Assembly: GCA_026914245.1 (NCBI GenBank)
Contig: CP110439.1
Location: 5,146,001 to 5,210,000, forward strand
Direction: 5' to 3'
From: Puccinia triticina
Taxonomy: Eukaryota
Length of the DNA: 64,000 bases
Shown: piece by piece, positions 50,950 through 61,475 of the stretch
Layout of the letters: each line of letters starts with the position of its first letter
Numbering within the stretch: the stretch's first letter is position 1
The notes under the pieces: generated by a model
What the model was told of the DNA's origin: nothing
What the model saw: only the letters and a program-made list of their open reading frames with translations
The model's database searches: none
Translations under genes and position numbers: made by a program

Positions 50950-51700
50950 TCACACCTCCCCTCGATGACCGGTCTTTACCGGTCATCAAGAGGTGGAAGT
51001 CCCCTTGATGACCAGTCAGTGCCAGTCATTGAGGGGAGGTGTTACTCCTCTCAATGACCGGTCTGTACCAGTCATCAAGAGGTGGAAGTCCCCTCAATGA
51101 CCTGCACAGACTGGTCATTGAGGGGAGGTTTTACTCCTCTCGATGACCTGGACAGATTGGTCATCAAGAGGAGAGAGGAGTAACACCTCCTCCTGATGAC
51201 CGGTCTGTACCGGTCAGGGGAGGTGTTATTCCTCTTGATGAACGGTACAGACCGGTCATTGAGGGGAGATGTACTCCACTCAATGACCCGTACAGACCGG
51301 TCATCGGGGGGAATTACTCCTCTCGATGAACGGTACAGACCAGTCATTGAGGGGACTTCCACCTCTTGATGACCGGAACAGACCGTTCATCAAGGGGACT
51401 TCCACCTCTTGATGACCGGTACAGACCAGTCATTGAGAGGAGTAACACCTCCCCTCGATGACCGGCACTGACTGGACATCAAGGGGACTTCCACCTCTTG
51501 ATGACCGGTACAGACCGGTCATCGAGAGGTGTGAGTACCCTCAATGACCGGTACAGACTGATCATTGAGAGGTGGTGAGTCCCTTCAATGAGCGGTCTGT
51601 ACCGGTAATTTGGGGGAATCACACCTCTCAATGACCGGTGTGTAAGGTCATTGAGAGGAGTATTTCCCCCGATGACTGGCATGGACCAGTCATCAAGAGG
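50950..51700. repeat. Array of palindromes CCTCTCGATGACCGG-N6-CCGGTCATCGAGAGG with a ~43-46-bp period
   Basis: ~16 units; 50950-51100 is the reverse complement of ~51390-51535; followed by a MULE-MITE-like right end (GGAGTGCATTTAGGCTGACC, ~52166). Confidence 0.9.
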
Positions 51701-54700
51701 AGATGTGGATTATGTGGATCCACTCGAATTGAGATGCTTTTTTGCACCCGTGGTGTACTGGTGATCAGGAGGTGTCAGCTGGCATCCAGTGGGGTGTGTA
51801 CATAGCCCACGGGATGGCCAGACAGGGTGTGTAGTATGTATACCCTGCTTGACTGGGGTTCAAGTGTATGTACTCCAGCTCTGGCTGGAGTTCCCAGCTC
51901 TGCACTTCCCTTTTGGGGAGGAGAAATATCATGAATGGACTGGGGATATGCACTCCAATCTTATGGAGTGAGAGTCACAGGCACTCATTACATTTGCCGG
52001 CCACTGGAGTTCTTCATGGTGCACTCGAAAGACTGAGTCCCCAGTTCTGCACTCTAGCCGACTTGGAGTATTCCACTCTGTAATCCGACAACTGTTGAAG
52101 TGCACACTCCATACACTCATTTTTGGAGTGCTTTTGGGATTTTTTTGGAGTGCATTTAGGCTGACCAAAAAAATTAAAAACATGCATCAGAGCAATCTAC
52201 AGGGTATGGGTATACACAGAGGTAAAAAATCAGGTCAAAACATTCATATATTTGGTCAACATCGTAGATTGAGTCCACCTGATCATGGTTGGGCTTAGTT
52301 TCAGTATAGGAATGGTGTATGTTCTACATGTACCTTCCACAATACATCTCATATAATTCCAGTTAGCATCCGGTTAGATTGCACCTGACATTAACCATTC
52401 TTTGAACCAAGATCAGACCAAAATCAAACCAACTTTGAACCAGTATCTAACCAGCATTGGACCAAATGTTGGCATGAATTGTGCGAAGGCACTCGCAAAC
52501 AGGTGCTGAGCAAATGTCCGTGGTGTTGAGATGGCCAAAGAAGAACTGCTTGACCTGCCGACTGAGCGCCTCATCCTGTTCTGCAATTGGCACCAATGGC
52601 CCGGCCCATCAAAGCTCAACCTTCCGTATGTTGTGAAATAAAGCAGATCAATAGTAAAATAAAGTGTCAAAGGAGCATTGTGCCTATGGTTGAGTGTTTG
52701 ACGGATAGTTGAAAGGGGAGGATTTGTTAGTGCATAGCAATGCAAATGTTGATAGCCTGAAGGAGCAATGGATTTTGCAGTACCTTGAAAGCAGGGGGCA
52801 GCGAGTGGGGTTTGGGGGCGAGGGGACGGAGGCGTGGGACGGCAAGGCAATACATAGCCTGTACAAGTCAGATGAGTAGTTGGTGATGAACCAACTTTTG
52901 GCGCTCCCATGCCAACAGGAAGGGATGGTATAGGTGCGCTCGGAGACGGTTGGGAGGGCGATGTGAGGCTTTTCGTGCGGCTGGAATGGGGCAATTGTAG
53001 ACTCAGTTGAAGGTGGAGTGATGGGTACGCATATAAATAGGAGGACCTGTGGCAAATATCAACCACCAGTCAACTCTCTGCGCTGCACTTCCATCCAGCG
53101 ATTAACCCAATCCCCTCCGCTGTTGCAGTTGCACAGTTTGAGGTTTACTTTTTGATGAACCCCCTTTGCAATTGCCTTAAATGTGGCGCGCTGGGGTCAT
53201 CGGTGCAATACTTGCAACCTCTCTAGAAGGGGATGGGCATTGGCCGGGTGGTTTTGCTTGAGCAGGTTTTCTTTGTTTTTTTGTTTGGTTTTTTAGTAGG
53301 GGGAAACCCTTGATTTTTGTTTGTGTTTGTCTTTCTTTAATAAACTTAGATGTATTGAAAAGTTTATTATTTCAACTTTGAATGTACACCTTAAAATTTG
53401 AAATTCATAAATCATACATTCATAAAAGTTTGTGTTGAAGCTGGGGCCAGAGGTCAAGAAGAGGAAGGACCCAAATAAAAACAACACAGAGAGACTCTGA
53501 GGGAAAGAACAAAGGGGGCCAAGGAAGCCCTTAAAGAGGGCAAAAAGCTGCTACTTGAGTGGCGGAAAAGTGCCCACACTACAAGAGATTGTATTCCCTA
53601 GAGAACTCGGGGAAATGCGCACAGAAAGCAGATGGTTTTCATTTCTGTCTAAGCCAGGGATATATAAGCTATTACAATGGAGGGGACGGATTTTGGTACG
53701 GAAGGTGAAATTTGGATATGCAATCTGGAAAGTAGTGACAGTGAAGGGAAGGAGAGAAAAGGGAGACCAGAGAAGGTGGAATTTCAACAATTTGTTGGCT
53801 GGGAAAGCCAAAGATTACATAAGCAGATTGATGAGATGCCCTGCAAACAAAGTTTTATGAATTTATGCATTTATGTATTTATACATGCATGAAAATCAAC
53901 TTTGAAGCATAAATCAAGTGGAGACACCCTCCTCTCAATGACTGATGGATGACCATTGAGTACAGGCTGTTGCCACTCAATGAACAAATATACATTACTG
54001 GAAATTGAGTGGAGAGACATACTCCAATCAATTAACAGCTTTCAAAGCCATTGAGTGGAGGGATTCTCCACTTGATGACTGGTGTGTACTGGCCATCAAT
54101 TTTAGGGAATCTCCCCCCCCCCCCCCCCCCCCATTTGTGTTTAGTTCTTTGCCTCCTTGTGGTTCTTTTGGATTGATACCTCCTTTCAAGGCACAAAAGA
54201 TAGTCTTGCTAAGCCTTTTCTCTTTCCAGTTTGGTATTTATACAGCTTGGAGAAGACAAGATTTGGCTCAAACATTTCAATTTTTTGGCCATCCTGCAAA
54301 AAAAATAAAGTTAAATGAGGCTCAAAATCAGTCATTCCCTTTGTCAAACTCTGAAAATTCATTAAAAATAGGGGATGTGCCAGAGGGGAATGGAAAAAAA
54401 ACATCAAGCTAGAGTCTAGACAAGATGCAGCAATTCAGAGGAAGGGGAACTGTGTTCTGATAAGCACAATAAGTTGAGAGGTAGGTACATTTGAAAATTT
54501 CCTGCCAAAAAATGAAATGCTATCAGCCTCCAAGTCATTTTAGCACATCAGTACCTCCCTCCAGTCGTAAAAATGCATCCATGTTGTTTTGAAACTCTAC
54601 AAATAGATGGGTTGGAATGATTCAGGTTATAAAATAGAGTGAAATACTTCCTGTTTTGAAATTAGATAATAGATCCAAACACTGCCTCATTTGATGTCAG

Positions 54701-55023
54701 AGAATAGATTCAAATACTACCTGTCTGACCATCACATTTATTCTCCTGAAACTAATATGCCTCCAAAACTGGCCAGAAAACACCCTCTAATATGATACAG
54801 GGATCTGAAACACATGAAAATGAACAGTATGGCAGGAGGATTTCAAAACTCCAGGAATAAGCACTTGTTGTTGTGATCAAACAATACCCCCATAAATGTA
54901 GAGTGGACAAGGGAGAGTCCCCTTGAGCTCACTTCCCTTTTATTGAAAGTCTTTCTGGCAAAACCAACTTATTGGAAGCGTAGATAAACTGATTATCTAT
55001 AGATTGTTTGAGGGCCCAGAAAA

Positions 55024-57970
55024 ATGAAAATAGATTCCTTGGAATATTATATTCTTTTTGGTTTTGTCTTCAACCCAGGATTTACATCACTTTTGGCTCA
55101 AACGGGCTGGAGTCCATGGGAAAGCCAAAAGATTCAGAAATTGATTTTCAATCCATCAGAATGCCTTCAAGAAAGAATTTTCAGTGGATCAGAAGGGGCC
55201 TTGGACAGTGGAAGTACTTTCAAGCCTCCACTGGGAAGCCAGTATGAGATGCAGCAACCAGAATCCGGGATTATTCAAAATGGAAATGTTGAAGGTAATG
55301 TAAAACAACAACATATGCATATCATATCTTCAACTGAAATGATTTTGTTCTTCTACTAGTTGTCCCTCAGGATTCAACATTTCAATACCAGGAGGAAAGG
55401 TCCAGAAGAGAGAAGCAAACAAATTATTGGAAATCTTACTTGGTCTCATCAGGAGATATTATTGAGCCCAGTTTCAATGAATTAACTCAGATTTTTTGTG
55501 TACAAGGTTAGATAATCTGCTTCCTTTTTGAGGTATAAGCTAGTAAATACTTGAATAAAAAATATATTTTATCTTTATCACATTAGGAATCATAAACCAT
55601 AATCATGAAGCAAAACTTCATCATCAGGGAAGTTACTACACTCAAGAACTCTCTGGAATACCTCAAACTGTTCAAGGGGACTTTTCCATTTCCCCCTTTA
55701 AATCTATACCACAATGCAATGCCATAAAAACCAATCATCAAAATTCCCAAAGCCACTGGGAGCCAGAAAAGTTTTCTATTAAGTTTCCAGATGGTTCAGA
55801 AGTTCTAGAATCCTTTGATCCATCTTGGCTTCTTGAATCTTGTGATACACATGGGCTGATTCCAGCAAGTCAAGAAAATTCAAATCATCATGATATCCAT
55901 GAAAATGCAGATGTTTTGAACAATGCTGAAATTTGTTTACCTTCAACAAGCTCCCAGGAACATGAAAACTCTGGTATTAGAGTTTCACTACCACATGCTT
56001 CAGAAAGTCTTGAATACTTTGATCATCTCAGGCTCAACTATCATGATCCATACAAGAAAAATAAATCCCCTGATCCTGAGGGGCTTCCAAAACACAATGA
56101 GATCAAGCCAAATGGAAATTTTAAAAGTGATTCCAGCAATCTTTACCATCACATCCCTAGCTACTTGGAACCAGAAACTCCTTTAATTGATATTACAGAT
56201 GGTTCAGAAATTCAAGGAAGCTTTGATCTTCCTTCTTATTGCAAAACTTTGGATGCAAATGAACTAACTACATTTTCACCAAAAAACCAGCCTATTGACT
56301 CATCCAGTCCTGCAGGACATTCAGATCATCTTGAGACCCATTCAAATGCAAAGGTGGAATGTGGATCAGGTATCTTAATTCTTGCTGATCAGAGACATCT
56401 TTGGAATGAACAAATAAAAGAACTCAACCAAATTCAGCCTGAGTCCTGTAAATTATGGAACCTAAATTCTGTCCCTGATGGAATAATTGATGAAGAAGTA
56501 TTAGAAGGACATGCAAACAAGTTTCTGATCCACATGAACACTACAGCCAAAAAACTGCAAAGAAAATACAAATATTTGAACAAATACAACATCATCCATA
56601 ATTGTCATGCTTTCAAATATCCTATACCAAGCTCCCAACATTTCTTTATCCAAGTTGATGGAGAAAAAAGAGGTTTAAGTCAAACCCCCTATCATCTGAT
56701 TAAAAACTTCAAAAATATACTCAAGTGGCTCATTCTCATTGATTCAGCTGTAGCAAGAGACTTAATTCCAGCTGGATTGGATACACATGAGCTGTATCCA
56801 AACACAAAAATGTTAGGCTGGTTTTTTAATGAAGCATTTGAACCCAAAAGTAGCTACCCTGTTTTTGGAATGATTGGAAAAGATAACAAATTAAATCCAG
56901 GAAAAGAGTTTGGAATGAATCAAAGGATATTGCTGGAACAGATCTCAAGGCATAAACCTGAACAATATTCTCTTGAGGCTTCAATCTTGATCATGATTTC
57001 ATGGTTTAAGGATCACACACCAAATGCTTGGGAACATATAAAAAGTTACCAGGGCGCCAGCCCAGAAGCAAACCTTCTTTCAATTCTACACAAAGCTATT
57101 GATTCAGGAATCAAGATTTCTAAATATAATGATAAATTTGATAAATTTAATAAAGGCTTGATTATGTTGAAAAATCCAGATTTAAGCAAGCTTCCCCCTG
57201 CATTGAAGCCTAAAAAGTTTTATTCAAGAGGGGTGAGTGGAACAATAGAACCACTGATGGATTTAATGAAATTTGAAAGGGCTGATTTTGACCTTTCAAG
57301 CCCTAAGAAAGTTCAAGGTCTCTCAGTCAAGATGTACAAATTCAGAGAAAGATCTGAGGATGATCTTCCCAAGTACAGAGCAAGAATTTTTGACTTGAAT
57401 CAAGATGCTTGTGGATATCGCAACTTACAATCCAGAATTGATATGCTTGACATACACTTGAAGATTTGCCATTTGGATCTCTTATCCCAGCAAGAGTCAC
57501 AGTCCATCAGGGTGGCTAAAGATGCATTGAATTCTTTCAGCAAATGGTTCAAAAACATCCTACTTGGAAAAGAAGGAGGTAGCCTCCCAATCATTGGAGA
57601 TGTAGAAACTGAGAAAGAGAAGTTTCAGTACAGTGACTTTGGAGAAGTTCAAGCCTATTTGATAGAAAACTACTTCAGTAATCCAACAGGTTACCTGGGG
57701 GTCATTTGGTTCTCACTTTCTCTACTTGAATATTGGTACAAAAAATTTCATCCTGAATGTCTTTTGGAATCAGATGAGGAATACTGGAATACTATGATTG
57801 AATCTTTGAAAAAAAAACTATCTATTAGTGGCAACTATTCTTTGAAAAAAATTGACTATGAGGGAAAATATGTACACCGTTATTGGGAAAATAATAAACA
57901 GACCTCTGGCTCCATTGGAAAAACAATCTCAAAGGAACATGCCAATGTTGATTCTTCTTGTAAGTTTTAA
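55024..57970 (+). CDS. Rust-type hypothetical protein, 3 exons, ~933 aa, with an internally duplicated domain
   Basis: Exons 55024-55294, 55360-55506, 55587-57970 splice in frame; two copies of WF..(L/Y)P(I/V).G..FG..Q..L..S..W(Y/F)K; weakly hydrophobic N-terminus. Confidence 0.8.
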
Positions 57971-58567
57971 ATAACACCTGTTTGAATGTTTCAGATTGCA
58001 CCTTTTTTCCGTTTTTTTATTGTACTTTTTAATTTCACCTTGGATTGTGGGCTTATTATTCTTGTTTTCTATTTTATCCACTCATTCCTACCAAATTCCC
58101 CATCTGTTCACCTTTTTGAGTGCCTTGGCATAAATATCCAGGTACATCACAATCAGAGTTTCCTGAAAAGAAAAACAAGCCTTTCCCCTTAAAACAGGTC
58201 ATAAAAAAAAGAAAGGCAAGAGGCTCCCCTGCAGGCTCCAGAAAGGTACAAAAAATGGAATATTTATTCTCACACAGCATAAATGATTAGCTGCCAAAAG
58301 CCAGCAAGACTAATGCACCTCAAGCTTGGGTAAGTATATACCAAGAGGCGGGAAGTATCTCTGTGGTAGAGGCTTGGGACTAAAGTGTGGACTGATCTTA
58401 ATGGGTTTTTACAACGAAAAACTTGGAAATACATATTTAAATTGCTCTTAAAAAAAGTATTCATATTTTGATTAAAATCCTACTGGACCATGTTGAAGTT
58501 CAGAATCTCAGTTTTCTTGTACGTCTTCTCTTAAGATTTTTCAGAAATTATGCCAGCTCCAGCTGGC

Positions 58568-58640
58568 TACCCACCATCTACCCACCATCTACCCACCATC
58601 TACCCACCATCTACCCTTATCTGCCCCCATCTACTCACCC
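58568..58640. repeat. 11-bp tandem repeat (CCACCATCTAC)n
   Basis: About 4 perfect copies plus degenerate ones. Confidence 0.85.
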
Positions 58641-58669
58641 TCCATAATTTTCACAGGGGCTCATCAGTT

Positions 58670-59295
58670 TTGACTGGACCCAACTGATGCCCATTTCTGG
58701 TCAGCTGTTGCTCAGCTTTGGCTGCCAGCTCATGCTCAGCTTTGGTGCCCAGCCCTTGCTTAGTTTTGAACCCGTCCTTGCCAAGCTGATTCTCAGATTT
58801 AGACCATTCTTGGCTCAGTTGAGACTCAGATTTGGAAAAGCCAATGCTCATCTGATTTTCAGCTTTGTATCAATCTTGGACCAGCTGATACTCAGCTTCA
58901 GACCACTCCTATAATAACTGATGCACAGCTTTGAACCAGCCTTGGCTCAGCTGATTATCAGCTTTTGAATAGTATTGGAACAGTTGATTCTGGGCTTTGG
59001 AACAGCTTTGGCTCAGCCAATGCTTAGCTTTGAACCAGTGTTAGCTCTCCTGATGCTGAGCTTTAGAAAATTCTTGGCCCAGCTTATGATAAGCTTTGGA
59101 CCAGTGTTTTCCTAGCTTATTATCAGCTCTGTACCAGCCTTATGCTCAGATTTAGACCTTTTTTGGCTCAGCTTATTCTCATATTGTGAATATTCTTGGT
59201 CCAGCTGATGCTTGGCTTTGTATCAGGTGTGGACCAGCCAATGCTCAGCTTTGGCCCAGGCTTAATCTATTCTCATTTGGCTGTGCATCAGCTGT
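58670..59295. repeat. Degenerate ~34-bp tandem repeat (CAGCTGATGCTCAGCTTTGGACCAG...)
   Basis: Recurrent cagct.atgctcagcttt motif. Confidence 0.7.
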
Positions 59296-60411
59296 CCCTG
59301 GTAAAAAGGTTAGGATCAGCTGACTGTGCCACATTGAGTGCTCTGGTGCAGTCCTGAAAGCTCTACATCTGCTGGTAGAGCAGACTTGGAGAACCTCTGT
59401 CAGCCATCCACATGTCTTAGAGTATTCATGTTCTTTTGCTAGATTTTTGGGTTGATTAAGCCTGGGTTTGTGGGCAGGTGATCTAGCCTAGGTTATAATA
59501 AGTGGGAAAAAATATCCATTGGGTCATATTCATGTCAATTGATCTGAAACCAAGCCAAGATTTTCTGACCAGGGCTACTTAGCCCAGACTAATGCAATTG
59601 CCAGCCTGGTTAAGTTCCCAGAAATAGTCATCTTGACCCAACAAATGTGAACGCTCTTAACCAGTATTAATGTAACCATCACCGCATCATGTTATTGTTT
59701 TGCTGTTCAAAAATCAACTCCACCTTCCTTGGATTTTAGAGCTTTTGCTGCTCCTGTGTTTATCCATGTCAGCAATCAGCAGGGAAGATTGGCTTCAACC
59801 ATTAATCATGTTGAACGGAACCAGGGACTGAAACAGCAAGGGCTGCCAAAACTCATTGTGGATATAATTTCAGTGAGGAAAAGGAAAGTGAGAAACTGTT
59901 AGGCTGTAGTAATGGGCTGCTTGGTAGAAGCATAGCTGCACGCTAGCATAAAAAGATTACATACAGGCTATTGAATGACTTCCTGTCAAGCCCAGAGCCT
60001 CCCAGATCTCAATTCACACAAACAAACTCTCAATTTTCAGTAAAAATGAGAAAGTTTTCCTAAGCCTGTAGTTCATTCATTTGTGTGCTGTTTGTTGACA
60101 TTGTTTTGGTAGGTGTCTCAATTTAGGGGTTAGAGGGGCATCTAGCACTCTCTAAATGGCAGCTGGAAGTCATCCATTTAGATTACCAAGGACGGGGAAT
60201 ACTTGGATGAAAATCAGCAGTGTTTTCCTTACAAACCACCATTAGGCAATGGAACTGACCAAAAAATGACAACCAAAGGCAAGTTAGATATGTATATACA
60301 TCCGATTCAGTGTGTAGAGGAGACTGTATTGGTGGATTATCTCATCCCCAGGGCCTCCCCCCCCCCCCCCCAGAAGGTCAGGGTACATAGTTGAGACCTC
60401 GAGGGAAAACT

Positions 60412-61046
60412 TCAAAACACAATATTGGAAAATGGGCCTTTCAACTGATCTTGTAATAACTGGGCCTGCCGAGTCATTCAAAGAAAGGATTTCGAAGTAG
60501 TCAACCACTGAACAACTGTCCTTCAAGCTAGGCAGAAATGGTTTGAGATCTCAGGAGTGGACTAACCTTCATGGACAACGTGTCTATGGAAACGGATCCA
60601 GTCTTTCCGACGAGTACGAGTAGAAAGGGCGGTGTGAAATTGAGACGCAACTGACCGAGCTGAAGCGTCGAAGAGAATACAAAGAGTTCGCTGAGAGTTC
60701 ACTGAGCCTTGAGGATTCCAACTTGAATTTCACGGCAGATAAAAGACGTGCGACGAACCTCACAAACGGCATCGAGGTTACGAACTTCACGGGCTACTTC
60801 GGTTTTCGAGGTAGATGAAAACGGACGTTGGTAGCAATCTTCGCGCCACAGACCGCTGGCGATAGCGGCAGCGATTTTGGCCTGATCACTGCCGTCCGAC
60901 TGCTCGTCCTCGTCCGCAACGATCGCACTGGGATGGATATGGAAGGCCACAACTCGTCCGTCGAGGGTGATCAGCGCCGCTAGAAAGGTCTTCGGGGTAA
61001 CTACTTGGGCGAGCAAGCTCGTCGTTCCTTCGATGTTGAGCAGCAT
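60412..61046 (-). CDS. LAMTOR2: LAMTOR2/p14-like Roadblock subunit of Ragulator, 3 exons, ~144 aa
   Basis: Exons 61046-60759, 60659-60567, 60465-60412. MLLNIEGTTSLLAQVV..LITLDGRVVAF..AKIAAAIASGLW..CELGQL..LLVLVGK..SMKAQLLQDQLKGP parallels LAMTOR2 (ARVTAAIASNIW..KAKAQAL); an upstream ATG at 61103 is possible. Confidence 0.75.
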
Positions 61047-61475
61047 AAAATTGTTTTGTCGGTGCTTGGCCGCCCTGTCCTCCCGCGTCGGCTCGACACA
61101 CATCTGCGCAGCCGCTTCAGGGGTCTCACTGCGCAGGAGAACCGGGCTATCCGTGACTTGGCGGTCCCGGTTTCCGGCTTGCAAGTCCTTCTTGGCCCAC
61201 AAGCGAGACTTGGCTGGTCGATAGATGAGCCTCAGCTGTTGCAACAGGGAGGATACATTTTTTGGTGCTTGGCCGACAGATGTACAGATAAAGGATATAC
61301 ATAGTACATATTTACATAAATTTACATATTTTACAAAGTGGAGTTGAGTGTGAATTTGTAAGGGAGGCGGCGCCCTTTGTTCAGTGACCCCAGGAGATGT
61401 ATGCGTGTCTGACTCCCATCTGGCGGAGACCCCAAAAATAACGACGATTGGCGAGACAATACTCAGTTCAGCACC

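Larger units (their letters stand above)
48543..53313 (-). mobile_element. Non-autonomous composite Helitron
   Basis: A|TCAAGGGTTTCCCC 5' end at 53313; hairpin + CTAG|T 3' end at 48543; splits a MITE. Confidence 0.75.

Noticed and set aside
50950..51700. CRISPR-like repeat-spacer array
   Set aside because: Linkers are only ~6-12 nt and recur, and the repeats are degenerate.
54005..54412. 135-aa ORF upstream of the orphan gene
   Set aside because: Starts within palindrome-repeat remnants and a poly-C tract; at most a gene fragment.
60699..61244. Unspliced 181-aa ORF ending VGILKAQ
   Set aside because: The three-exon model gives a better LAMTOR2-like C-terminus with canonical splice sites.
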